NCBI RefSeq assembly: GCF_006345805.1
Contig: NC_043017.1
Location: 28,768,001-28,832,000, forward strand
From: Octopus sinensis
Lineage: Eukaryota
Length of the DNA: 64,000 nucleotides
Direction of reading: 5' to 3'
Part shown: one piece after another, positions 1 through 13,280 of the stretch
Layout: each line of letters begins with the position of its first letter
How positions within the stretch are numbered: the stretch's first letter is position 1
Program-made: the position numbers and the translations under genes
The notes under the pieces: model-generated
Told to the model about the DNA's origin: nothing
Seen by the model: only the letters and a program-made list of their open reading frames with translations
Databases searched by the model: none

Positions 1-64
1 AGTATATATAAAATATTAATGTTATAAAGCGATATTATGCATACATATCTTGATAAATAGAAAT

Positions 65-279
65 TGTATATATATATATATAGATATATATATATATTAT
101 ATATAAAATATATATATATACATATATACATGCATATATATATACATACACACACATACATATATGCATATATATATATACATATATATATATCTATATA
201 TATATATATATATATCTATATATATATATATGTATATATATATACATACATATAAATATATATAATATATATATATATA

Positions 280-356
<77 letters not shown>

Positions 357-393
357 ATATATATATATATACATACATATAAATATATATAAT

Positions 394-428
<35 letters not shown>
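65..428. repeat. (TA)n/(TACA)n microsatellite array
   Basis: Continuous imperfect TA dinucleotide run; source of the YI-repeat ORFs 64..255 and 194..412. Confidence 0.95.
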
Positions 429-429
<1 letters not shown>

Positions 430-519
430 CTCTAGCAAGATGTAACCTTATAAATTAATCCATATATTCGTATAAGGTTATTTCGTCCATTTTTACAAAA
501 ATTTCCATATTGAAGACCC

Positions 520-1130
520 TCCTGTATTTTCGCTTCCTCTACTTTTGTTTCACTTCAGTCTATCGCTTACGATCATTCATTTCTTTCCCCCTATTCATTC
601 ATTCCTTCTTCTCTCTTTAATATTCTCATTGTCTCTTCCTCTTTTTCTCTTCCGTTTAATTATGTTCTTCTTTACTGCCTATTCTTTCATATTTTTTTCT
701 TCATTCTTCCCTTCTCTTATATATCTTTTCTTCTTAAACAAATTGTCTTACATCCACCTTTCCCTTTACGTTGAATATTCGATACATTTCATTTCTTTTT
801 CCATATATGGTATTAATTTTTTTTTCCTTAATTTCTCTAAATCCTACTTCATTTCTGTTTTTCTTTCATCTTTTCATTGATTTTCCACTATTTTTGCACT
901 TTATTCTTGATCACATTCCTTTTTCTGTACATTTTTTGTTCTATAATTTTCTACGTTTCTATATTTTTCTTACCTCTTCATTTCTTTCTTCCATTTTATT
1001 TCATATCTTTCCGTATTTCCTTTCTTCCTTTCAAGATTTGAATTTCTCTAAATATCCACTCAATCTTTCCTTTTGTATTTCCGATTACCCTCTCATTTCG
1101 TTCCTTCTTTCTCACTTCCTGTCCCCGATA
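520..1130. repeat. CT-rich low-complexity (polypyrimidine) tract
   Basis: Strong T/C bias on the + strand; F/S/L/I-rich ORFs with no domain signature. Confidence 0.7.
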
Positions 1131-1464
1131 GTCTGCTTGTATGTTTTATAAAGTATTTGCTGTAGCGTGATGTATTGGATGATTCATATATTTTCATGTT
1201 TCAAAGAGATTATTTGTTGAACGTTATAATTTATATAAATTGTTAGATATTATATTGTTGTTTCGTTTTGTTCCCAATTTTATAGCACCAACGAGCTACT
1301 TTTACCCTAAGTTTTGATGTTATGAATAACAATATTACATACTTATAATTGAAGGAAATGCGTGCAGGCTTCATATATGAGTTTATTGGTTTCAGAGCTC
1401 ATGACATTTTACGTTTCAAACATAGAGTCGCAGAGAATAACAGTATGTGCCTTGGGATTTAGTA

Positions 1465-1476
1465 TATATATATGTA

Positions 1477-1510
<34 letters not shown>

Positions 1511-1593
1511 CTATCTATCTATATCTATCTATCTATCTATATCTATCTATCTATCTATCTATATCTATCTATCTATATCTATCTATCTATCTT

Positions 1594-1670
<77 letters not shown>

Positions 1671-1740
1671 ATCTCTATCTATATATATATATACGTGTGT
1701 GTCTGTCTGTGTATCTGTCTGTGTGTGTGTGTGTCTCTGT
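1465..1740. repeat. (TATC)n followed by (TG)n microsatellite
   Basis: Long tatc tetramer run, then ta and tg runs. Confidence 0.95.
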
Positions 1741-2092
1741 GTATTTGTGCGTATAGTTACGTAATTTACTGTGATATTTACAATGTTGCATACTGCATTA
1801 GAGCAAAATTTATTAATCATAGAACAATACCAATGCAACTACTACTACCACTACAATGATGATGGCGACCACTACTACAACAACTACGGATACTATTACT
1901 TCCAACAGCAACAACAACAACAATAACAATAATAATAATAACGTCTACTGAAACCGTAATTGCTATAGTACCGAGTCGTTCACATGTTACGTCAAATCTG
2001 GTCTTCCAGAATTTGAGAGATTACGGATGGTAGATATACATCATAAAGATATACATTATAAAGGTATACATTATAAATATATACGTTATAAA

Positions 2093-2325
2093 GGCGGTGA
2101 GCTGGCAGAATCGTTAGCACGCTGGGCGAAATGCTTAGCAGTATTTCGTCTGTCTTTACGTTCTGAGTTCGAATTCCACCGAGGTCGACTTTGCCTTTCA
2201 TCCTTTCGGGGTCGTTTAAATAAGTACCAGTTACGCACTGGGGTCGATATAATTGACTTAATCCGTTTGTAACTCCTTGTTTGTCCCCTCTGTGTGTAAC
2301 CCCTTGTGGGCAGTTAAGAAATAAG
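2093..2325 (+). mobile_element. tRNA-derived SINE family A (tail A1)
   Basis: Head ggcggtgagctggcagaatcgttagc (A-box-like), B-box-like gagttcgaattcc, body ctttgcctttcatcctttcggggtcg, tail ccccttgtgggcagttaagaaata; many matching copies in the window. Confidence 0.9.
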
Positions 2326-2556
2326 ATATACATTCGAAATCTCTACCAATCTTTTCACTTACATTTCTCGATGTAACTTGCTTCCTTACTCAAGACATCA
2401 TACTAATTTCTATTCATTTGGAAAATAGATTCGGTTAGTGTGGTCACTAGTAATGTAAGAAAAAGATATTCGTTTCGGTCATACATGAAAAATCTCTCAG
2501 GTGTTTTTTTAAGAGTAATTTATCGCTTATCTCTCCACACTTCGTTGCCACTAATT

Positions 2557-2623
2557 TGTGAAACAAGGTGGAAAAAGAGAGTACTCAAATACCAGGGGTA
2601 GAGTAATATGGTTTATTTAAAAG
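2557..2623 (-). mobile_element. Penelope-like element terminal fragment
   Basis: Reverse complement matches 61767-61831, which lies directly 3' of an HHR half-motif. Confidence 0.6.
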
Positions 2624-2842
2624 GCGGCGAGCTGGCGGAACGTTAGCACGTCGGACGAAATGCGTAGCCGTATTTCGTCTGCAGGTACGTTTTAATTCCA
2701 AATTCCGCCGAGGTCGACTTTGCCTTTCATTCTTTCGGGGTCGATAAATTTAGTACCAGTTACGCACTGGGGTCGATATAATCGACTTAATCTCCTTGTC
2801 TGTCCTCTCTGTGTTTAGCCCCTTGAGGGTAGTAAAGAAATA
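2624..2842 (+). mobile_element. SINE family A (tail A1) with 14-bp TSD
   Basis: Full head, body and tail; flanked by ggtttatttaaaag at 2610-2623 and 2843-2856. Confidence 0.92.
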
Positions 2843-3214
2843 GGTTTATTTAAAAGACATCATACTAATTTCTATCCATTTGGAAAATAGATTCGGTTAG
2901 TCTGGTCACTATTAATGTAGGAAAAATATATTTTGTTAATATTATACCTTTACTCTGTTTCAGTCAAACATGAAAACACTCTCAGGCGTTCTTTTAAGAG
3001 GAATTTATCGCTTATCTCTCCACAATTCGTTGCTACTAACTTTTATAATTTTTGCATTTTCACTTATTCCTTTCTAACATCTTGGAATTTTCAATCTAAG
3101 GTAATCCACACATTCTCGAAAACGTATTTCTACAAAACGTTATCTAAAATTATGAGTAAAGAAAGAAATAGTAAGAAATATTTTAAAATGAGGGTGGTGG
3201 TGGTGGTGGTGGGT

Positions 3215-3771
3215 AAATTTCCGTGAGTTCCACTCAACCCCTTTTTTCAGACCCCAAAATGGGTTTTGTGGCATATTAGCAAGTCACCGGAATTCAGCCA
3301 ACGAAAAACACAAAAAATTCTTATGAATTCAGGAACTGGGGTATTCCGGTTTTCCACCCTACTTTTTTTTTTCAGAACAAAATTAAGGGGCTTGCAGCAT
3401 ATGGAGAGGTCAGGGTACTTGATTCCATACAAAAAAACTCGAGTTTTTTTCTTTCTGAGGGAAAATCGTGCAGGTGAAAAGATCAAGGGGGTGAGTTGAA
3501 ATTTCCGAGGCTTCCACCCCACCCCACCCCACCCCGTTTTCCGGACCCCCTAAAATATTTTGTAGCATATTAGGAGGTCACCGGACTTTATTCAACGTAA
3601 AAAAAAAAACGAATGATTCCAGGATATAGTGGTGGGGTGCGGTTCCTCCCTTTTCCGAACAAAAATAAGGAGTATGCAATATATAAGAAGGTCAGGGTAC
3701 TTGATTCCCCGCAAAAAATCCGGGGATCTTTTGTTATTTCTTAGTGAAAATCTTGCGGGTGAAAGAATCAA
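3215..3771. repeat. Diverged tandem dimer of a ~272-bp unit (likely non-autonomous DNA/Helitron-type element interior)
   Basis: Units 3215-3486 and 3499-3771 share aaatttccg, gcatattag..gtcaccgga, aggtcagggtacttgattcc and gaaaatc.tgc.ggtgaaa..atcaa in the same order. Confidence 0.65.
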
Positions 3772-4399
3772 ATAATACCAATATGTTTACGCTGTATAAA
3801 CTGCTTGTATATGGCGGTGCATATAAAATAATAAAATTTGAGAAACACGTGGAAACAGAGTTTCGATAACAAGCGTATCGCGAATGCGAACGAATGATAT
3901 CTAAGGAGGATTAATTGCATTCAAACCCTCGAGCGACTTTTCCTGTAGGCGTTTATATTTGTCCACAACGAACTTCCAGAAGATACCACTGAAGTGTAAT
4001 ATAAAATAATTGAAATCATCCAACGACTGTTATAAGAAATCTTCGATGAAAATGAATATATTAGCATTCAGAGAGCTACTGCCTGAGAAAATATATATAA
4101 ACAAAACATTTCATCTAGAACCACAAGCAAATTTAACAAGACTTTAGCGAAAAGGAAATAGAACCCACTGCAGCATCACTAGATAAAAATTAAAGAAGTA
4201 TATGGGAAAATTGTGATACCTCTACAAATGGAAATGCTGAAAGCGTGGTATGGCATATCACCAAAAGAAATAAACCAGTCGCCATTAAAAGTTGAAAAAG
4301 AATAAGGCGCAAGAGATCAAAGAGTTGATGAATATATACGTGGAATTTTAAGGAATAATCTTTTATGTATAATAGGATATTGAAAGAGTCGCTGGAAAT

Positions 4400-5160
4400 G
4401 GATCCTGATGCAAAGTGTAAAATCTATTAATGTTGTGCCTTTGGAGAACATAGAATTCGTAAATGCAACAAGGCAGAAATATATTTAAAAAGAACGAGAA
4501 AAAGAATAAAGTTTCCAAGGGTAGTATCCTGCAAATTCTCATATAGCATGAATTTGCAGGAGTCATCTGGATAAATAGGAAGCAATTCTCGAAAAGGCAA
4601 GCGAAACAATTATTTAGACACTCCACTAGAAGAGGAATATATTCAAGAGATTATTGCTCTCAATCAGTTTTTCGGTCCCACGTTGACAAATTCAATAAGA
4701 CTTGACTCTGATGCAAATGCTCTCCTATCCCAATCCGTTGCTATGTTCCGTGAGACGACCTCATGTTGTACATTGCAGATGACACAAAACAAACATTTCT
4801 TTTCATGTTATACACATGCACCAGATAAATTCGCATCTCCTAAGGATAAGGATAAAGAAACTCGAAAGTATATTTTTATAATTGTAATATTCTCAATTGG
4901 ACACTAAAAGGATGAATACATATGGAATGCAATAAAAAATGTCGATCATCTATTTATGAGGGAAACTGAACGCGATGGGTATTATGGCTCTTCGAAACAA
5001 TAATAAAGCATCCGCAGTTACGATCACAAAATTATCAAATAATGAACAATGAAATAAATACAAATAAGAGCAAAGCAGATGTCTAAAATCTCATCTAAAA
5101 CGTAATGAAACTATAGATGACTGTTTGAAAAGTTTAACAAGAAATTATCTCACAAGACGA
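4400..5160 (+). mobile_element. Highly decayed non-LTR retrotransposon RT (RTE-like)
   Basis: Broken-frame motifs STRRGIYSRDYCS (QGD-like), LYIADDT (YxDD-like) and ESIFL(Y)NCNILNWT; many stops and frameshifts. Confidence 0.4.
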
Positions 5161-5168
5161 GTAGCTGA

Positions 5169-5205
<37 letters not shown>

Positions 5206-5206
5206 C

Positions 5207-5239
<33 letters not shown>

Positions 5240-5400
5240 ATTAATAATAATAATAACAACAACGACAACAATGATAATAATAATAATAATAATAATAATG
5301 ATGATAATGATAATAATAATAACAACAACGACAATGATAATAATAATAATAACAACAACAACAACAATGATACTATTACTACTACTACTACTACTACTAC

Positions 5401-5438
<38 letters not shown>

Positions 5439-5506
5439 TAATAATAATAATAATAATAATAACAACAAGAAGAATAAGAACAACAACAATGATAATAATA
5501 ATAATA
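5169..5506. repeat. Compound (GAT)n/(AAT)n/(AAC)n/(ACT)n trinucleotide array
   Basis: Direct reading of the sequence. Confidence 0.95.
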
Positions 5507-5508
5507 AC

Positions 5509-6844
5509 TGGAGCGGATTATGGGGAAACAATTTAAGGATTTTAGAGCTAGATGACATTCTCCACAGGGAAATGAAAGTCAAGGTCAGCGAGGCGTATCA
5601 AAAAGGAATGAAGATGGTGTTGAAATCAAAGCTGAATGCCAAAAATTTGATTACCGCAATGAATATCTGGACAGTTGCGGTGGTCAGATATAATGTGTCC
5701 ATCCTCAGATGGACTAAGGAGGAAATGTCAACACTGGATAGAAGGACGAGAAAGTTGATGACGCTGCATGGGGCGCTACATCCTAAAGCAAAACGTAAAC
5801 AGAATGTATAGGAAAAGAAAGAATGGTGACAGAGGACTAATTAGTATAGACCGTTGTCTAAGGAGTGAAAGAAGAACGATTGCCAAGTATTTGATAAATA
5901 GTGATGAAGATCTGTTGCAAATATGCCGCGAAAGATATGGGTGTAAATGCAGATGAAATAATGGGCAAGGCAGAGTTTAACCAAAGAGCTGAGGAGAAGA
6001 GAAAAGAAGACCTCTTGAAATGAAAATGCACGGACAGTTTGATCGGAATACGAAAGACGCTAATGATAATACAGTATTGTGAACATAGCTCTAGAGAGGT
6101 GATTTGAAGCATACCAACGGAAGCCTGATCGTTGCTTCACAAGACCAAGTCCTCGCTTCAGTGAAGTATAATATCTATAAAACTTCTGACACCCAAAAAT
6201 GCAAATTCTGGAAAGAGTGGAGAAAATGTGACCCAATTAGTAAGTGGATGTGAGAGCCTTGAACAAAAAGAATACAAACGCCCCCGCGATAAAGTATGTT
6301 TATCTTCATTGGATCTTATGCCGTAAATACCAATATGAAGTAACAGAGAACTGTGATGAGCATGTACCAAGTAAAATTATGCAGGAGGGTGAAAAAGTAA
6401 CGATACTCGGGGACCATGTTTTCAGACGGATCGTGTAATCGAACACTGTCGGCCGTATATTGTCATTTTGAATAAGAGAAACAAATACTGTCAGATCATT
6501 GATGTAGTTATACCAAATGACATGAATGTTTAGAGTAAAGAGGTGAAAAAATCACCAAGTACTCCGAATAAAAAGTGGAAATGGCAAGAGTGTATGGAAT
6601 GCGAGAGGGTAATATAAAAGTGATACCATTGGTGATTGGAGGGTTTGGCTCAATCCCATTGAAACTTCAAAACTTCTTGAGGCATCTGGAAATGTCATGC
6701 ATGATTGATGCCTTCCAAAACCAGCATTATTGAGAAAAGCGCACATCTTAACGAAAGTATTATCTGTCTGAGATCCTTGTTGTGACTTGACAGATGACTA
6801 GCGACTCCGGTGCATTTTTACCTACACTATCTTACGAAGGATTC
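5509..6844 (+). mobile_element. 5'-truncated R4/Dong-clade non-LTR retrotransposon (RT C-terminus, CCHC-type region, restriction-like endonuclease, 3' UTR); decayed
   Basis: Peptides ILELDDILHREMK, LKSKLNAKNLITAMN, RWTKEEMSTLDRRTRKLMTLHGALHPK, NVNRMYRKRKNGDRGLISI, TILGDHVFQTDRVIEHCRPYIVI, IIDVVIPND, VIPLVIGG and C-terminal ALLRKAHILTKVLSV* (stop 6769-6771); flanked by (AAT)n on both sides. Confidence 0.9.
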
Positions 6845-6865
6845 ATAATAATAACGATGATGATG

Positions 6866-6938
<73 letters not shown>
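6845..6938. repeat. (AAT)n microsatellite
   Basis: Direct reading. Confidence 0.95.
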
Positions 6939-6941
<3 letters not shown>

Positions 6942-7153
6942 TCGTATTAACTGGAACGGCTCATGTACTGAGAAGAGCACTATTGCTGTGAAAATAACAT
7001 CCATCCATGAATTCATTTATTTATTAATTTTTAAATACATATTTTATCTTTGAATTTGAGCGTGCAATCTGGGAATGCATACAATGCCCTTCTCTGCCCT
7101 AGGTGTATGGAAAACACTCGGCGAGAAACGGAAGAAAATTTGAAGAAAAAAGG
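6939..7153 (+). mobile_element. Very short 3' end of a second R4/Dong family
   Basis: Translates IVLTGTAHVLRRALLL* (stop ends at 6991), the R4/Dong C-terminal GTAHILR motif; followed by a putative 3' UTR and (AAT)n at 7154-7218. Confidence 0.7.
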
Positions 7154-7154
7154 A

Positions 7155-7203
<49 letters not shown>

Positions 7204-7703
7204 TAATAATAATAATAATGTTACTGAGTAATATCAGTTGGAAATGCTAAAAGAAACAAAATATGTGTAGCACAGCTTGCAATGGCTTATTCCTATTTAC
7301 ATTGTTGTTGAAAGCTGTATATTCGGGACAACCAAACTTGTATGTATAGGTGAGCAATATATTTTCTCATTTTTTGTTTTCAGAAAACAAAACCCCTCTG
7401 TTGTTTTAAATTGCAGAATCGAAGCCAATACCTTTTGGAGTCAAATAAATTCGTACCACGTTGATGGGAGATAGTTGAGAAACGAGATGCGTAAAAGTTG
7501 TTATTACAACAAAGTTTAAATGTTAAAACTTTAACAATTATTTACATGTGCAATTTGAATTAGAATGCCAAAGGAAAATAAATAAAAAAAAAATCATCCG
7601 TAATGACATTAGAATGAAATAAATCAAAACTAAAATAAATTGAAAGGAAATTACTGTATTTTAATGGTGTTATCTACGAACAACCACGCACATTCACGCA
7701 CAC

Positions 7704-7984
7704 TCATAAACACACACGTTCACATATGTAGTATAAGTATTTTTTATTCTCTTTACTTTGCAAGATTTTAACCTTAGAGCAATCTGCCATTATATTGTGA
7801 CATTTTCGAACGGTGATAGTGTGTTTTAGTTTATAGAGATGCATGTATGCATATATATATATATATACATTATATATATATCTATCTATATATATATATA
7901 TATATACATGCACGCATATACGGCACATACTATCTTTCTCTCTTTCCCTCTCTCCCTCCTCTCTCTCTCTCTCTTGATATATAA

Positions 7985-8019
<35 letters not shown>

Positions 8020-8225
8020 CATACATGCATGTATATCTTTATATCTATGCCTATTATCTATTTATCTCTACCCCTTCTCCATATATATATATGTGTGTGT
8101 ATAAATATATATATGTATATTTGTATATATATATATATATATTATATATATATATATATATAAATATATGTATATGTGTATATATATATATATATATTCT
8201 ATATACATATATATATGTATATTTG

Positions 8226-8260
<35 letters not shown>

Positions 8261-8355
8261 TATATATATATAATATAATATATATTATATATATATATAT
8301 ATATTTGTATATATATCTATATATATATATATATACATACATACATGTCGTATAT
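7704..8355. repeat. (TA)n/(CT)n/(CA)n microsatellite cluster
   Basis: Direct reading. Confidence 0.9.
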
Positions 8356-8939
8356 AGAGAAAGGCAATGGAAGCGATTCCTTTCTGAAAAGCATCTTTCG
8401 TTTCGCAAACAATATTGAAGAAAATATTTAAAAAATTGTAAACGGATATTACACGATGAAAACGTTGACGTTCTAAAAATTAACTTCTTATGGGTTACAT
8501 GTTTTATATAACTTTATTGTGGTTTTAGGTTATTTTTCATTTGCTCCTTTTTTTTTTCATTCCTCTTTTCCTGAAGGAAATCCAATAGTTTCTTTATAAT
8601 TCCTATAACCAAAGGTTAAAGCATTTACATAAAGGTTTTCTAAATTTCTCTTTTTTTTTTTTTACTCTTCTTTTAGAATTTATTTCCGCTGTTATTCTTT
8701 TTACCTCATTCTTTATAAACTTCCATCTCAGCTTAATCGTAAAGCATGTGAGAGAAACATGAAAACCGTTTCCAATGATGTTGCATTTGTTGTTCAGTGT
8801 TGTTATTACGTAATTTATTACATATAACACTAAAAATACTTAAATATTTAACGCGAAAAATGTAATATTATAGTTTTAACACTTTTCGAATTTTCATCAT
8901 TTCCTTCTTCATTACTTTTCTTTCTTTATACTAATTCTT

Positions 8940-9300
8940 GTTCACCCTTCTTCTTCTCTCTCTTACTCTTACTCCTCCTCTACCTCACGCACGTCCACCT
9001 CCTCCTCTTTCTCCTTCTCCTAACCTCCACTTCTTCTTCTTTTTCTTCTACTTCTCCTTCTTTCTGTCTTTTTCTGTCCTTTTCATCATCACTATCATCA
9101 TCCTCATCGTTGTCATCATCATCATCATTCATCTTCTTCTTCTTCTTCTTCTTCTTCTTCACCTCCTCCTCCTCTTCCTCCTTCTCCTTTCTCTTCATCC
9201 TTTCTGCTTCCTTGCTGCTGCTGCTACTGTCACTACCACCACCAAAACCATCACGACCACTACACTTACTACTACAACTACAACAACAACAGCTATTACA

Positions 9301-9335
<35 letters not shown>

Positions 9336-9357
9336 AACTGCAGCAGCTGCCCCTGCA

Positions 9358-9401
<44 letters not shown>

Positions 9402-9423
9402 AACTGCAGCAGCTGCCCCTGCA

Positions 9424-9458
<35 letters not shown>

Positions 9459-9540
9459 GCACTCTTTCGTCCGCTTTGTCTTAATTCCTTTGCTTTTATT
9501 TTAATCTTATTCTCCGCTCACCGTTTAGCATTCTTACCAA

Positions 9541-9584
<44 letters not shown>

Positions 9585-9600
9585 CACTACAACTACTGCT
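8940..9600. repeat. Compound (TTC/TCC/ATC/ACT)n array with a duplicated acaactgcagcagctgcccctgcaact unit
   Basis: Trinucleotide runs; the GC-rich spacer occurs at about 9333 and 9399. Confidence 0.9.
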
Positions 9601-9941
9601 ATCACCATCAGCATGACCACTACCACCGCAACTACTACGGCTCCTCTTAATTTTTAGTCATCGCCGAACGAATACGATATCTCTTTCCATAATAATACAA
9701 AAGAGAGGAGGAAGAACGAGAAGAAGGAAAAAAAGCATAAAGACGATCCAGCAGCAATATTGTATAAAGTAGGTAAAAGAAGAAATATATTGCGGCATGA
9801 ATTTAATTGACAACAGTCTTCAATACATTTATGTGCCGCAAGAAAACGACTTCTTTTCACTTATTAGTATTCTTCATCACCATCATCAACACTGACTTCA
9901 CCTTATCATTGTTGTAATATGCATAGACATATGTGTGTGCG

Positions 9942-9973
<32 letters not shown>

Positions 9974-10191
9974 GTGTGTGTGTGTGTGTGCGTGTGTAAG
10001 CATGCATGTGTAAATATGCATGGACTTACAGATGTATATGTGTGTATGTCTGTGCGTGTTTCTTACTTTTCTAACAAGTTCTTAACTATTACAAGTGTTG
10101 AAATAAACTTTTGCGAGTTTCTCTTACATTTTTTCTCTTGTTGTTAATAGTATTATATCATCGTAATCATTTTCCTTGTAACTATTACATT

Positions 10192-10261
<70 letters not shown>

Positions 10262-10371
10262 TGTTGCTGTAGTCATTGTGGCTTTTGTTATTAAATTTTT
10301 TTTTCAGTAACGGTATTAAGACTTTTGCTATTATTACGACATTTTATTCAAACTTACCTGCTTCGTTTGAA

Positions 10372-10430
<59 letters not shown>

Positions 10431-10641
10431 GTGTGTGTGTGTGCATGTGTGTGTGTGAGTGTGTGTGTGTGTGTATGTGTGTGTGTGGGTTTGTGTGTGT
10501 GTGTTATGCAAGTAAGCAGATTTTCCGTTCTTATCAGGTTGTTCAATAATTTGCAACATTTAATGGCGCAAAGTTAACAATTCAAATACCACGTCATTCA
10601 CCAGGAAGTGTAGGGATAACACACTGTATGAGAAACAATGC

Positions 10642-10686
<45 letters not shown>

Positions 10687-11001
10687 TATAATATAATGAT
10701 AACAAATAATAATAATGATAATAATAATAATAATAATGAGATGATGATGATGATGATGATAATAATAATAATAATAATGATGATGATGGATGATGATGAT
10801 GATGATGATGATAAAATATACAATGATGAATATGAATAATAATAATAATAATAATAATATAATGATAATAATAATAATAATGATGATGATGATATAAAAA
10901 TAATAATAATATGATGATGATGATATGATGATGATGATGACAATAATAATAATAATAATAAAATAATAATATGATGATGATAATAATAATAATATAATAA
11001 T

Positions 11002-11038
<37 letters not shown>

Positions 11039-11057
11039 TTAACAGTGATAATAATAA

Positions 11058-11094
<37 letters not shown>

Positions 11095-11172
11095 TAAGAA
11101 TATGATAACAATGATAATAAAATATAATAAATAATAATAATAATATAATAATATAATAATCGTAATAATAAA
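10642..11172. repeat. Long (AAT)n/(GAT)n array
   Basis: Direct reading. Confidence 0.95.
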
Positions 11173-11892
11173 AATAATTTGTTTTATCTTAGCACACCCT
11201 TCTACAGTAGAATGATTTCTACAGTTCATGCAGAGCGATGTCTGCATGGAAATAATTAACCAGAAAACAGTAGCGAAATCAGGTACTAATTGCGAAATTT
11301 CTTATGCAGTTCTATTAAAATATCGGAGATGGAGTTGCCAGGCAACGTATTTGAACTGATTCCGTATTGTGAGACAAGACGTTTACAGAAGACACATAAG
11401 AGACATTTAAAATCTCACAAGCACTAATTTCGTTAAACATTTATTATTTTGTATCAAAATTCATGTCGTACCAGATAATGTTTATGAGTGATTATGCGTT
11501 GTTTATCTCGAATGCTTACTGAAATGTAATATATTATTAACCAAATACTAAAATTTATGCTTTGGACTTAAGGTGTAAAATGATTATTTCTGTTTATTTA
11601 CGATTTAAAAGAAATCGACAGCCAACCATCAAATTTTAAAGAGAAAGAAATTTTCCTTGAGAGCGATATATCACCAACCACTTATAATAGCAAGAATTGA
11701 AAATAAACAGCCATGGCATAACATTTTCATGCTGTTTTTATAGAGTTATCTAGTTTGAGCTGCACCATTAAAACGATTAAATTCATTCCTGCCAAAATTT
11801 GAAAAAAAAAAATGCTTTAATATGAGCGCCATACACTTTTTTATTGTAAGAACAAAACATCTGAAAGGATATCGAAAATTTGAAGGGTCATT

Positions 11893-11950
11893 TGCTGTAA
11901 TGGTAGCATATCCCTCATGTACAAAGACTACGTGGGTTCGATTACCAAGG
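11893..11950 (+). mobile_element. Degenerate tRNA-like/SINE head fragment
   Basis: A-box-like gctgtaatggtagc and B-box-like gggttcgattacc at tRNA spacing; no convincing cloverleaf. Confidence 0.3.
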
Positions 11951-12067
11951 TTCGTCTAATATCCTACATGCTGTCATTGATAGCTTTATTTACTCTGATT
12001 TCCATCGTGGAAACAAATTCTTTCTATCCAGAGAATTTAAATGCTATTTTAATGTAAACTACACATT

Positions 12068-12212
12068 GGCGTAGGAGTGGCCCTATGTTAAGTAGCTTGC
12101 TTACCAACCACATGCTTCCGGGTTCAGTCCCTTGGGCAAGCGTCTTCTACAATAGCTTCGGGCCGTCCTGGTGAGTGGATTTGGAAGGCGGAAACTGAAA
12201 AAGCCCGTCGTA

Positions 12213-12248
<36 letters not shown>

Positions 12249-12440
12249 TGTATGTATGTATGTATGTATGTATGTATATATGTATGTATGTGTGCGTATA
12301 TGTTTGTGTGTCTGTGTTTATTCCCCCAAATCGCTTAACAACCGATGCTGATGTGCTTAGGGTCCCGTTACACTAGCGGCTCGGCTAAAGGTGGTGCTCC
12401 AGCATGACCATTGTCAAATGACTGAAACAATTAAAGAGTA
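12068..12440 (+). mobile_element. tRNA-derived SINE family B, diverged copy
   Basis: Head ggagtgg..taagtagcttgcttaccaaccacatg, internal (TATG)n, tail ggtggtgctccagcatgacc..aatgactgaaacaa; internal deletions. Confidence 0.85.
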
Positions 12441-12489
12441 TTGAAGTTTCAACAAAAACCTTCTTAGTTTATGTATCTTGGTGAGATGC

Positions 12490-12640
12490 GCACTCCTGCA
12501 GCATGACTATCCCCCAAGACACACTGCCAATATGACCAAGCGTAAACTTGAGGAAATTATATGGCGGGAAGTGCTGCCTCCTGTTTTACATCTCGGAACT
12601 TGCATTATCAGATTATCATATTTTCCAAGCCAATAACCTT
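12490..12640 (+). mobile_element. Mariner transposase fragment (catalytic region)
   Basis: Translates LLQHDYPPRHTANMTKRKLEEII-W-EVLP..ELALSDYHIF, matching LHDNARPH...W-EVL-HPPYSPDLAPSDYHLF. Confidence 0.65.
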
Positions 12641-13174
12641 ACCGTCAAAGAGACGGTAAGAGCAAAGGAACAAATAGACATGTGTGTTAATAGATACACA
12701 TACATATAAATACACCCACCACGCATACACACACATATATAGATATATATATATATATTATATATATATACACATACACTTATAAAAAATAGAAAATGGG
12801 AAAACGCGTGAAAAGCCCACAATTTCTATAAAAGGTAAACATGTAAAGGAAATATATATGTATATATGTAAATTGTATATATGTATATATATATATGAAT
12901 ATAATATATGTATATATATATATATACACATACATATATGTATATATCTGTTTGTGCAGTGTGGGTGTTGGTGTTTCTGTGAGTGAGTATGCGCGATTGT
13001 GTGTGTTTATATATAGTTATGTTTGAAAGTGTGTATTTGTATGTATTTATGTGAATATATATTTTTTATCGTCTATATGTGAAATAAGATAATTCGTGTG
13101 CGTTGTATAGATGTATACATACGTATAGACATGTCTGTGTGTGTGCGCACGTGTATGTGTGTGTGTTTCATCTC

Positions 13175-13280
13175 TGTGTCTGTATTTGTCCCCCACCGTC
13201 GTTGCTTGTTGGTGTGTTTGCGTCCCCGCAACTTGGCGGTTCGGCTATAGAGAACAAAGAATAATTATTAGCTCTAAAAC
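13175..13280 (+). mobile_element. Degenerate 3'-half fragment related to SINE B
   Basis: tgtgtctgtatttgtccccc...ggtgtgtttgcgtccccgcaacttggcggttcggc. Confidence 0.55.

Noticed and set aside
2028-2093. Four copies of a ~16-bp unit (atatacattataaag)
   Set aside because: Ordinary short tandem repeat next to a SINE insertion.
8938-9504. 188-aa ORF resembling a signal peptide plus a mucin-like Thr-rich tail
   Set aside because: Built entirely from TTC/ATC/ACT microsatellites, with overlapping ORFs in other frames and on the other strand; no splice or codon evidence.
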